DNA from: Hormiphora californensis
Taxonomy: Eukaryota; Animalia; Ctenophora
Direction: 5' to 3'
DNA: 64,000 bases
Assembly: GCA_020137815.1 (NCBI GenBank)
Contig: CM035359.1
Coordinates: 6,138,001-6,202,000 of the forward strand
Part shown: piece after piece, positions 52,077 to 63,881 of the stretch
How positions within the stretch are numbered: position 1 is the stretch's first letter
How the letters are laid out: each line of letters opens with the position of its first letter
Notes under the pieces: generated by a model
Told to the model about the DNA's origin: nothing
The model's input: only the letters and a program-made list of their open reading frames with translations
Database searches by the model: none
Position numbers and translations under genes: made by a program

Positions 52077-55000
52077 TTACCAGATCTTTAGTCTGATTTT
52101 CTTAACAAACATGACAGTCACTAAAGCATTGCAGATTATAAAGTAGGCTGTCACTATTGCCAAGGATTGGGTGTAGGTGAATTCTGATTTCTGTGGGTTG
52201 AACACCATGTTGACTGTCCCTGTTAGGATGTTTCCTGTAGGGGAGAGAGAGAGTGAGATCGAGAATCGTTTGAATTTCGGGCGGGAAAGGGTCTGCCTTT
52301 CTGGCATCGCCGTTTTGATTCTCAGATCGGGTAAAAGTAGAAAATTAAATAGGTTCCAAGCCATAAAATATCGATGGGGAGTAATTAACATAGCGTGAGA
52401 TATAGATAGAGAGATACTGATAGCAGATAGTGAGAGATAGATCTGGGAGAGAAAACTTAACTAAAATGATTCAGAAGCACAATATATACCCAATATGAAA
52501 TAATGTAGTTCACTCTGTTGAACAGAAGGAATAAGACAGGCACAGGATACAGTACGTGATCGTTCCACACATGATTTACACCCTCCCATTACATGCGGTG
52601 TGGCACTCTCCCCAGTCTTGGTTAGGTCCACACTCCTGTAACCTGGATAGAGAGAGTAGGGCCGGTCAGAAGTGAGAAGTGAAACTTCCGAAGTGTTGAA
52701 TTTAGCGCTTCATGCCTGCCCTCTTTCATTTTCAATCTCCTTCATAGATGTTACCACGTATCCAATTAAACTTACACATAGCGTTGGTGAGTATTTCCAC
52801 ACTTAAAATGGAGATAACCATTGTCAGATTGTGGGCAGTAGTCCAAATAGTGTAGGTCAGATTAGCATGGCACCGTGATGCTGTCTAGAAGGGGTGTTGG
52901 AGAACTAGTGGGAGTTTAGAGAATCGGGAGGGCTGTCTGGCAGGTGGTCATGGTTCAGGGTTGGAGAATTAGTGGGAGTTTAGAGAATCGGGAGGGCTTT
53001 CTGGCGGCGCCGACCCGATATGAGCGCCAGACAGCGGTGGGATCTGTCAGATTGGGTGGAGAGAGTCCTAAAAACCTAAACTTGTTTCCAACTTCAACTA
53101 AATACCTGGGTGTTGTTATGTGATACGACTGTCAAGATCCAGGCAAGGCAACAAATTATCAATAGTTTTCCAAACATTCTCAATATCTCCTCAAGGGTTT
53201 CCCTGCAGAAGTTAATTTAGGTCGAGGGGCCATGGGACAAGGATATTATCAGGACTCCGGATATTCTGATATCCGCGGATGTGCGATATTTGAACTCTAG
53301 CATCGATTACAGTCGGACCAGGATTTACCAGGATGCTCGGGGAAAGGGTTTTGCCCGGTAAATCGGGGTGAAATACTATACATACTAATTTTCTATATCG
53401 GGGAAGTTTTCCTTCCGGTAAATCGGCGCGACGGCGCCGGACTGTACTTTAATATCTACTTGTTATTTGTACGACGTTGTTTACGGTAGATTTACCTCTT
53501 CTGAAAAATTATCTTTCCAATAGCAAGCCCAAAGAAATAAAGCCCTAACATTCCAAATGAACTGAAGACTCCCTCTCTGTTTGCATTAAGAAATCCTCCT
53601 GCGTGAGAATCGTCACCCCATAACCCGTTTAATAACTTATCTGAAAACGAATGACAAATTTAGAATCCGTAGTTAATTCAAAGCTGTTTCATTGCTATGC
53701 TACGCAGTCTGTCCATTCGTTGCCATGCTACGCAGTCTCTCCATTCGGCACTTTAAGCGCCTCGCTTCGGGCTCGCGTAAGCTCACACCGGGCCGAAGGC
53801 CCGGTGTGAGAGCTGACAGACATGGAACATTTCAATCCATTCGGCCCCTTCGGGCTCGCGTAAGCTCATACCGGGGCCGGTGTGAGAGCCGACAGACTGG
53901 ACGTAGTGGGAACATTTCAACTGTTTCCAGTCGACGCACACTGCACAGCATGGTTTTGGAATTTCCCACGCTCCGCGCACAGTGAGTGCTGAAATGCGGT
54001 ACTTTGCCACATCTGAGACGCCGCGCGCAACACAAATACCACTCCAGCTTGCAACAAGCACGCCCTGCATATTTTCATGTTTGTCCTGACCCGTGTGAGA
54101 CAAAGTCCCTCTCTATCTACTGATACAGTTTAACGTGTGTGGAAATATGTACACTGATCATTGCCTCTGTAGGCGCTACCTTGATCCTGCGATCTGCATA
54201 TATTGATTGATGAAACTCACCAGAAAAGCAAAAGCAAAAGCAAAATGATGAAACTCACCAGAGAAATGAAAGTGCGATAGGAGGGTTTGGTAGAATAGGG
54301 AGAGTGCACCAGCGAGGATCCAAGGTGAAGTAGCGAGAGGGAGAATGGTGAGAATAACACTTGACCCTGCCTGAAAGGGTGAATTCTCTGTCGAAATATA
54401 CAGGAAATATCAAATTTCACATTCCTGTGAACTTCTCATGTTCAACTTTTGGGTAAATTTTGGGCCAGCCTTCATGAATCAGCAGTGCATAGACCATAAC
54501 TGCATTTTACGGCATAATACATGGCTGCTATAACACTTTTGTCCTAATTTAGCATAATACCCACGGGCCACGGGCCACGGCCATTCGTCCTAAATCAACA
54601 TTACATTTGAACCGTGGCTGCACTGGTATGAAAATAGACCTGTGTCGCATATTGTGACTCTGAGCATATTCATGAAACATCACTGGCTAGCAGAGGATCA
54701 CTATATTGTCTTGCTCGCCCCTCACAGGCTGTCATAATACAGGTATTCTGGGAAACTTACCTTAACGACAGCAAGGGTAAAGAAGAAATTCCAATCCCTC
54801 CCGTATTCTAACGCTGAGTAATGGTAATCCAGATAACCTGGGAAGAAAGGGGGAATGGTATTGCAGTTAAATTAGAAGGAGGAGGAGTTATCTGTAGGTT
54901 TCCTAAATAGAAGACAGAATTTTCGGTTAAACATGTGGATCTGAGGAGTTTTTCAGCGCTTTAGTTGAGTCCATGTGACTTTTCTATGTTTCACTTTGTA

Positions 55001-56510
55001 TATATTACTGCTACGTTTAATAAGTGGATAATTATTCTTTTAAGTGCTTCTTCAAAAAGGCAAAAGCTCTCTGTAGCTCTAATTACACACACATACACCA
55101 CCGCTAGTATCTCACAGCATACTAACTGAATATTATACAGGCCACAAGTAATAAAAACAAGACCATTGTCCCATATTAATTATAATATGTCACTATTAAT
55201 TATAAGATGTCCCATATTAATTATAATATGTCCCATATTAATTATAATATGTTACTGAATTGTTGTCTGCAGTATAACACACAGGGAGGCATGCTTGAGT
55301 AGTTAATTATAAGCAGCAGTTATACATGTCATATAATGCACTACTGTGGCTGCAGTATAGTAGTACCGACACACGCACACACTTTACACATTATTGAAGG
55401 ACAATACGAATGCAGATCTGGTAATAAACAAGTGGTATTAAATGTGGACATTTTGACCACAATCCAGGGTGGACTGATACTGGATTCAGAAACTTGAAAA
55501 TGGAAAGTGCTGATCATGATTCATTGCAAAACCAACTTACGTAGAATACCAGTCCTCAGTGCACCAATAATCAGCATCACAGTCGCAGCAGTCAGGGACT
55601 TCTTTAAATTCTGAAACAGACAAATTTTAGTGTTTTGTGACTTTGGGTGACCCGGGTGTAAATGCAATGTTCTATTTTTCTTAGTTTTACCACCCACATG
55701 CTCTCGAAAATAAACATTATAGATGGCAGCGAGAGTTTCCGATATAGGTCACTAGTTCAGAAGATCTAATTACAGATCAGAAGATCTAACTATAACTGCA
55801 GAGATGAGTGTTTCATATATTTCATCCGGTGTAGTGTTGTGATCAACTAAAGATTTGTTGGGGGAGCGAGTGTACCTTTATTTCAGTTAGAGGGTGTATT
55901 GAGTTTCAATACTGCCCCCTTTTGAATTCATCAGCCACCTGGCAGCCGCCCAGCTCCAACAGCCCTCTAGCTAACTCACTAGCTATAGGTCTCTAGCATC
56001 TCGATTTGAAACAGGACACTACCAGCAGCACCAGGCAATTAAAGCCCCCCTAGCTGACTCACTAGCAGCTCTCGAATGGGTGTGATATATAAAAAAATAA
56101 AAACCTTTGGGTTTGGTGATAGGCCCGGTTTGATTTACAATTCCCACTGATCTTCTTGATCTACCGAACCCTTACACAGAGCTTGGTAACGATTAATAAC
56201 CCCTACCTTGCGGGCACGCTAAAACGTGCCTTACTACCAAGATGCGATGGGTAATTTCGTTACCAACACACAGAGCGTGCTCTAACTCTGAAATATAATG
56301 CGGATTGCGGTATGAGCTGCACACAAGTATCTTCAGGATGAGCTCCTTCATGGGATCAATAATCGACACGTGCAGATCGGTATTTTAGAAGTTCAGTTGC
56401 CAAATGCCATAAACAATAAGTACACACATGTGTACAAAACTCTTCAGGAAGAGAAGATAGCGGCACGAGCGAGAGAAGAGAGGAGAGGAGACGAGAGAGA
56501 GAGAGAAGAG

Positions 56511-56553
<43 letters not shown>

Positions 56554-56776
56554 GCAGAGAGAGAGAGGAGAGCGCGAGAGAGAGAGAGAAGAGAGAGAGA
56601 GTGAGAGAGAGAAGAGAGAGAGAGAGAGATCGAGAGAGAGAGAGAGAGAGAGAGAGACGAGAGAGAGAGAAGAGAGAGAGCGATCAGAGAATCGATAGAG
56701 AGAGACGACCAGAGTCGATTCTTCTCGATCCTATTCTATCTATCGCTCTCTCTCTCTCATTCTCATATCTCTCTCG

Positions 56777-56835
<59 letters not shown>

Positions 56836-57261
56836 CATCTCCCTCTCTCTCTCTCTCTCTCCATTGCCAAATGACCAGTTTATTAGTCAAATAATTACCT
56901 ATTCAGCTTCTTCAAATTGCCAAGATTTCACGAACTGTGTACATTCTTGTTTACGACAGAGCCAGCGATCAAACGTGTGATTTATACGGTGTAATGAATT
57001 TCGGAGGTAGGGGGTAATTTCGTTACCAATCGAATAATACAGTGGCAGGGACGTCTCATACTATGATCCGTATTAACGTAGTTCCATTCATATTAGCAGT
57101 ACTAAAATTGTTATATGAATCAGTCTATTGTTCTAGGATTCTGGAAATAGGAAATAATATTCTAATCCTCCACATATAATCGAGTTACATACTGCAATGC
57201 TACTCTGTCCAGCCCGGCATAATAATTCACTTTCACAGCTCATAAGTCTACACACACACAA

Positions 57262-57294
<33 letters not shown>

Positions 57295-59074
57295 CACACA
57301 CACACAATGGGAGAAGGGTTTTGACATAGCAACTATACAGACTGAACCCAACATTGCAGTTGCAGATGTTGGGGGCAGTCTTGTGTACAGTGCATTTTAG
57401 AATTCAGATTTAGAATTCAGATTTATTCGCTGAGTAATATCTGATCCACAACACATGTCTGTTTGACATTTGTCTGTACATAACAATATTATTAGGCGTC
57501 ACTTTCATCTTTCATTCATACAATATTTCCTCTCAGTTCAATGTGTTCATATCAGCTGAATACCTACAATAGTTCCCATCTCTCTCTCAGTCATGTCTCA
57601 ACATATAAAGGACAATATAGCCCACATATAATATAATGATATTCGATAATTATTAAAACTGGGTGATCAACTGCTAGTATTAGAGTGTCTGACCGTGTAT
57701 AAGGTCGAAATAAGGCACAGCGCTTTTCTGAATCAGCTAGTCAAGACGAATCCAACGCAACAGGAATTAGCTTTCTATCTCATCGGGAAGTGCTGGGTCT
57801 GGAACCCTCATTTTTAGTCATTTTTCGTTATTCATCTAGATCCTAGCTCGTGGCAATAATATTATAGTGGTGTGTGTGTGTGTGTATTTCCCAGCTGGCT
57901 CCAAAGTGCTGTGCGGTAGATTGGAACACAACTTTGAAACTTGATATTATTATGCAATGTGTATCACGTCCAGAATTCGGGAGTTTAGAGAAGCCTGGCA
58001 AGTTCCAGAATAAAAATATCAACTTTCATTTCTTTAGAAACTAGAAAACTGAACATTTCTATGCACCTCCTCCCGTCCCCCTATGCTATCATAACTATTT
58101 CAGACCCCCATGTAGGTTTTGAAAATATAATTCAAAGATCAATGATATACCAGCCATTTTCCGAACTACAAGCTCAGAATAAGACTACCTTTTTCCGAGT
58201 GCCCCAGTTCTGGTTGGGATCAGCCCGTGCCTCGGGGGCTACAAGTCCTGCCATGAACACGAAACTGCCCACTCCAGTATCCATCAGGGAGTACCCATAG
58301 ACACGAGTCTTGTGGTAGTCAGCTGGAAATAAGGGGGTTGTTACTTGGTTATTGTAAAAGTGAGTACTGGGTAGAAGTGTTGAGAGATCTCTAGCCATAC
58401 TACGTAATAAGCTGAAGTGAATAATACTGGCATGAAGCCAGAATGGTTGGTTGGTTGGTATGAGCGGCTGGTGATTTGGGAGCATGAAGCCAGAATGTGA
58501 CAGAAGGTTACATGCGAGAGATTGTGAGCATTTGGTCCCAACTATAAGTTGGTGACTCAGTCACCCCTATACTGCACCAACAGCAACGTGAATCCCGCAA
58601 GGCGATGACATCACTATGAGAGTTCGACTCTAGAAAGGTGTAACGATAGTAACACCGTGTTTCAACTTGTTTAGTACACGAAAGTGTGTACTTCCTCATT
58701 CAATGGAATGCATGTACGGAACAACAAACCCTGTTTACTGTTCATATTTTAGAGGAAAGTAAAATTCAAGAATACCTTTTTAGGTCTAACTTTGCAAAAA
58801 CACAATACCCCACTACTACTTGGTAATGAAATTACCCCTCCGCGTTATAATGGCTCACAGAGCTATATATGCACAGAGCTATATGCAATAAAAGGGGTGA
58901 CTTCGTAACCAACACTACTACTCACGGTGAAAGACCTCCCTGAAGTCAACTGCGAGGATGCATATAACAGTTGACATGGTAACGAAAGATCTGTAGGCGG
59001 TTATGTAGGTCCGAGTCTTGGTGAACAGGTAGGGGCTATCCAGGGGTGGGAGCAGGGTGGCAGGAGACCGTAAC
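52077..59074 (-). CDS. PIGW: GPI inositol acyltransferase PIG-W/GWT1 (5' exons not recoverable)
   Basis: Exons (minus) 59074-58926, 58322-58189, 55610-55541, 54837-54761, 54370-54259, 53640-53496, 53202-53106, 52884-52776, 52642-52490, 52234-52077, all in phase. Family motifs YRSF..STVICILAVDF, KT.VYGYSLMDTGVGSFVF, EYGRDWNFFFTLAVVK, NANREGVFSSFG, SRCHANLTYTIW, FILGNILTGTVN, and ending IRLKIW-stop. Confidence 0.93.
53310..53444. mobile_element. Tc1/mariner-type MITE
   Basis: TA|CAGTC ... GACTG|TA with internal GATTTACC/GGTAAATC inverted motifs. A related end fragment CAGTTGGACCCCGATTTACCGGGATG lies at ~23214. Confidence 0.6.
56183..56266. mobile_element. Mutator-type MITE
   Basis: TTGGTAACGA ... 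TCGTTACCAA termini. Flanks TACACAGAGC/CACACAGAGC (10-bp TSD, one mismatch). Internal GGCACGCTAAAACGTGCC hairpin is shared with 50636-50687. Confidence 0.65.
56465..56862. repeat. (GA)n tract followed by (TC)n tract
   Basis: GA-rich 56465-56705 and TC-rich 56740-56862 form a loose inverted repeat. Confidence 0.85.
58820..58912. mobile_element. Mutator-type MITE with 9-bp TSD
   Basis: CACTACTAC|TTGGTAATGAAATTACCCC ... GGGGTGACTTCGTAACCAA|CACTACTAC. Same TIR family as 56183; solo ends at ~913, ~50670 and ~57010. Confidence 0.75.
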
Positions 59075-59282
59075 CTGAGTGAGAGAGAGATGTTATCTTG
59101 GTTAACAAGTAGGGGCTATCCAGGGGTGGGAGTAGGGTGGCAGGGGACCGTAACCTGAGTGAGAGAGAGAGGGTGTCACCTGCTGGAAAACCATCACCCA
59201 CAGATTGCAGCCCCTATAACACATGGTGACAATTGGTTATGCTATACAGTATATACGGCCGGTTCAATAAGTCTGGAGCCCT

Positions 59283-62240
59283 TTAAGCCCCCCAAAACCC
59301 GGGGGAAAAAAAAAAGGGGGGGTTTTTAAAATTTTTTTTTGGGAAATTTTGGGTTTTTTTTTTTGGGGGTTTTGGGAAAAAAAAAAGGGGGGGTTTAAAA
59401 AAAAAAATTTTAAAAATTAAATTTTTTTTGGGGGGAAAAAATTTTTTTTTTGGGGTTTTTAAAGATTGGGGGGCCCCCCCGGGAGGGGGGGAAAAAAAAA
59501 TTTGGGGGGGGGAAAAATTTAAACCCCCCAAATTTTCAAACCGGGGGAAAATTTTTTTAAAAAATTTTTTTTTTTGGGGAAAAAAAAAATTTTGGAAAAT
59601 TTAAAAAAAAAATTTTTTTTTTTTAAAAGGGGAATTTTTTTTAAAAAAGGGGCCTGTTTTTTTTTTTAAAAAAAAAAATTTTTTTCTTTTTTAAAACCAA
59701 AAAAAAAGGGAAAAAAACCCCCCCCCGGGGAAAAAAAAAAAAAAAAACGGGGGTTTTTTTTTTTTGGGGGAAAAAAACCCCCGGGGGGTTTTTTAAAAAG
59801 GGGGGGGCCCCAAAAACCAAAAAAAAATTTTTTTGGGAAATTTTTAAAGGGGGGAAAAAAAAAATTTTTTTTTGGGGGGTTTTTGGGGGGAAAAATTTTT
59901 TTTCCCCTTTTTTCCCCCTTTTAAAAAAAAAAAAAAGGGAAATTTAAAAATTTTTTAAAAAAAAAACCTTTGGTTTTCCTTTTCCCCCCCTTTGGGGGGG
60001 GGAAAAAAAAAGGGGTGAAAAAGGGGGAAAAAAAACCCCCCCCAAAAAATTTTTTGGTTTTTTTTAAAAAAAATTTTTTAAATGAAAAATTTTTAAAAAA
60101 CTCAAAAAAAATTAAAATTTTTTTAGTTTTTTTTTTTTTTCCCCCCCCTTTTTTTTTTTCCCCCCGGTTTAAAAAACCCCCCAAAAAAAATTTTTTTTTT
60201 TTAAAATTTTTTTAAAAAAATTTAAAAAAACCCTTTTTTAAAAAAAAAAGGGAAAAAAAAAAAATTTTAAAAATTTTCCCCCGGGCCCAAAAACCAAAAA
60301 CCCTTTAACAAAAAAAATTTTAACCCTTTTGGGGTTTAAAAAAGGCCAAAAAAAAAACCCCCAAAAAAAAGTTTGCTTTTGGTTTTTTAAAAAAAAAAGA
60401 AAAAAAATTTTTTTTTTCCCCCCTTTTTTTTTTAAAAAAAGGGGGGGGGGGGGCCCCCAAAAAACCCGGGGGAAAAAATTTTTTCCCCCAAAAAAAGGGG
60501 GGAAAAAGGATAGCGACGGGGGCCCTTTTTTTTTTTCCCCCCCCAAAAAAAAATTTGGGGGGGAAAAAAAATTTTAAAAATTGGGAAAAAAGGGGGGAAA
60601 AAAACCCCAAAAAAAAAAAAAAAAAAATTTAAAAAGGGGAAAAAAAAAAAAAAACAAAGGGGGAAAAAAAAAAAAAAAGGGGGGAAAAAAAAAATTTTGT
60701 TTTTAAAAAAAAAAACCCAAAAAAAAAATTTTTTTTTTTTTAAAAAAAATTTTTTTTTTTTTCCCCCCCCCTTTTTCCCCCCCGGGAAATTTAAAAAAAA
60801 AAAAAACCCCTTTTCCCCCCCCGAAAAAAAATTTTTTTTGGGTTTTTGGGGGGGAAAAATTTAAAAAAAATTTTTAAATTTTTTGGGGGGGGTTTTTAAA
60901 AAAAAGGGGGGGGGGAAGGGGGGGTTTTTTTTTTTGGGGTTTAGGGGGGGTTTTTTTTTAAAAAAAAAATTTTTTTTTAAAAAAAAAAAGGGGAAAAAAA
61001 GGGGAAAAAAACCCGGGAATAGCTTGTTAAAAATTTGGTTTTTGGGGGAAAAAAAATTAAATTTCAAAACCGTTTAAAAAGGGGGGGGGGGGGGGGGGGG
61101 GGGGGGGGTTTTTTGGGGGGTTTTTTTTGGGGTTTTTTTTCCGGTTGTAAACCCCCTTTAAAAAAATTTTTTTTTTCCCCCGGGTTTCCCCCTTGGGGAA
61201 AATTTTTTTAAAAAATTTTTTAAATTTTAAATGAAAAAACAAATAAAACCCCGGGGGAAAAAAAGGGGAAAGGGGAAAGGGGAAAAAAATTTTTAGGTTT
61301 AAAAAAAGGGTTTAAAACCAAAAAAAAAATTTTTTTTGGGGGGGGGGGAAAAAAATTTTAAAAAAAAAATTTTTTTTTTTTTGGGTTCCCGGGGGGTTTT
61401 TTTTTTGCCTTTTTAAAAATTTTGGGGGGGGGTTTTTTTTTTCCCCCGGGTTTTTTAAAAAAAAGGAAATTTAAAAAAATTTTTTTTTAAAAATTTTTTT
61501 TTTTAAAAAAAAATTTTTTTTTTTTTAAAATTTTTTTAAAAAAAAAGGGAAAAACCCCCCTTTTTTATCAACCCCCCAAATTTGGTTTTTTGGGGGGGGG
61601 GGGGGGGAAAAAAGGGTTTTTTTCCCCCCCCAAAAAACCGGAAAGGTTTAAAAAAACCCCCAAAAGGGCCCCCTTTTTTTTTTTTTTAAAAAAATTAATT
61701 AAAAAAAAAAGGGTTAAAATTTTTTTGGGGGGGGGGAAAAACCCCCCCCCAAAATTTTTTTGGGGGGGAAAACCCCCCCCGGGGGGGAAAAAAAATTAAA
61801 ATTTGGGGGCCTTTTGTTGGGGGCGGGGGGGGAAAAAAAAAAAAAAAAAAAAAAGGTTAAATTTAAAAACCCCTTTTGGTTTCCGGGGAAAATTTTTTTT
61901 TTTTTTAAATTTTTTTTTTAAAAAAATTTTGACAAAAAACCCCAAAAAAAAAAACGGGGGGCCCCCTTTTTCCCGGGGGGAAAAAAATTTCGGAGGGGTA
62001 ATTTTTTTTTTTTTTTTCCCTTTTCCCAAAAAACCCCCAAACCCGGGGAAAATTTAAACCATTTTAAAAATTTTTTTTTTGGGGGGGGTTTTTTCCCCTT
62101 TTTTCCCCTTTTAGGGGGGGTTTTTTTTTTTATTTTTTTTTCCCCCCCCCCCCTTTTTTTTTAACCCCCCCCGGGGGGCCCCCCAAAAACCCCCCCAAAA
62201 AAAAAAAAAAAAAAACCCCTTTTTGGGGGTTTTTTTTAAC
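59283..62240. other. Low-quality homopolymer-inflated consensus (probably hides PIGW 5' exons)
   Basis: About 3 kb of nothing but homopolymer runs, with an abrupt start after GGAGCC and an abrupt end before AACGGACGCG. Confidence 0.88.
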
Positions 62241-62759
62241 AACGGACGCGGCATTCCCTTCAGTCCCCTCGTTGCGGGGGTGCGCGCATGAGGGGGCTGC
62301 AGCGCATTCCAAACTCGGCCCGCGAGTTTAAAATTTATTTTCTTAATTGGCGAAGATTTGAAATTCATGTAACGCGCAAAATATGAATTCATGCGCCGCT
62401 AACCATTCTTGGTGCGCGCTAGTTTTGGTTTTTTTTGTAAAAATTCGACAAATTTTAAATTTTATTTTTTTTCCAAATTTATAAATTTCTGACAAAACGA
62501 CAAATTTCGATAATTATCATGTTGTGACTTCTCTGGACACGTGCTTTCATGTCTCGGGCGGGCGTTATGGTGTTACTTATGACTATTAGTGGTGCTCTAC
62601 TCTCGTAGTCCCATGACTTCATTTTTTCCCCGCCCGGGTGAATGCCGAAGGCATTCACCCGGATGCCTTTTGTAAAAAGGCATAGGGGTTTAGAATTCGA
62701 CAAGTTTACATACTAGTGAGGTGTCACGGTCACAAAACTGGCTGTAACTTTTCCATAGC

Positions 62760-62885
62760 AACGCATCCAGTGCGGAGGTATCACTTCACACACGATCTCG
62801 GAAGAGATCGCGCGCGCAAGCAGGCGCGCGCGAATGAGCGCCTGCTTGTCATCGCGTCATCGCGTGTTACGTCATCGTAATGGTA
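62760..62885. promoter_or_regulatory. Candidate CpG-rich promoter between divergent PIGW and TMEM87-like genes
   Basis: Dense CGCG tracts, a CAAGCAGGCGC/GCGCCTGCTTG hairpin and a CRE-like TTACGTCA, ~330 bp before the + strand ATG. Inferred from position and composition only. Confidence 0.4.
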
Positions 62886-63207
62886 ATGACATAACAGAGT
62901 ACTGCATTTGAAATTGTAAACGAGTTGTAATCTGAACTGCGCCTATTAGTGTTACTAGGATATCATATAGCACTGCAAATGAAGTCTAATTAGAAAACCC
63001 ATCAGCTCTGTACCGACTCACGTATCAGTACCAAACCCAATTAGCTTAGAAGCAGTACATGCCAGGTCACATACTATTGCTATAACTATATCAGGCGGGG
63101 AAACCAGGCGATATGACACCATATCGCAATTATTCTTGTTATTATTTTCTTATCGTGGCATCGAGATATGCTTTTACGCACCTATTGACATGACTCTCTT
63201 ATCTAGC

Positions 63208-63881
63208 ATGCGGTTATGGGGGATATTTAGTGTGTTATTTTTAACTGTACGTTGCCAAGTTCAACCCGGAATTTTTTATTATCCCACGTCAGCATCGGTA
63301 AGTTAGCGGCATATCACCCCAAATCATCAAATAAGAGATTAATAAATAACATCTCAAATTTTAGGGCAGTATTTGATTTTGTCAATTGTCTAAAATCAGA
63401 TTTAATGATAATGTTTTCCCAGGAAGAACCAGCCTCGCAAGTCAGTGAACAACGAACATTCTTTAGGGGGTCTACACTAAAAGGATCAGGTAAGAAATCT
63501 GCACATTATGTACATTTTTGTAACGAAATTTGGTTTATGTGTACAATTAATATTTATGGTATTGCTTTTGAGTAATGACAAAGTTACGAATATCCCTCTA
63601 ACACACCTCTTTGTTTCAGTAAAATGCCTCGGTGACGCACTAAAGACAAAATCTAACTACACCCTGCATGTGTGGTCATTTAAGACGAAATGCTATTCCA
63701 CTGTATTAGACAGTACCACCCAACAGCGAGTATCAAGATACGTGAACTTCTTTCTTGGGCAATCCGGTGAACCTGTTGAAGATTATACCAATGATTGCCG
63801 GTCTACTCGGTGCTTTTCCATGGATATAACGTGTGACTCAGCGAGGCCCACTATACCAGAGATCGGGAACGAAGGTGCAAG
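63208..63881 (+). CDS. 5' part of a signal-peptide protein, TMEM87/GOST-family lumenal domain-like (continues beyond window)
   Basis: Exons 63208-63297, 63423-63489, 63620-63881 (phases 0,1,2), next acceptor CCTCCAG at 63999. Translation MRLWGIFSVLFLTVRCQVQPGIFYYPTSAS EEPASQVSEQRTFFRGSTLKGS VKCLGDALKTKSNYTLHVWSFKTKCYST... The PG.F...RTFF.GS.L..VKC...K..CY pattern resembles TMEM87 N-termini. The gene model is good; the family call is tentative. Confidence 0.7.

Noticed and set aside
58341-58699. Short minus ORFs inside the PIGW intron
   Set aside because: PIGW motifs join directly from 58926 to 58322 (VDFREVFH-P-DYHKT), so these ORFs are not needed and show no homology.
20571-59074. Functional clustering of a GPI-anchored protein with the GPI enzyme PIGW
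   Set aside because: They are 25 kb apart with another gene between; nothing beyond coincidence.
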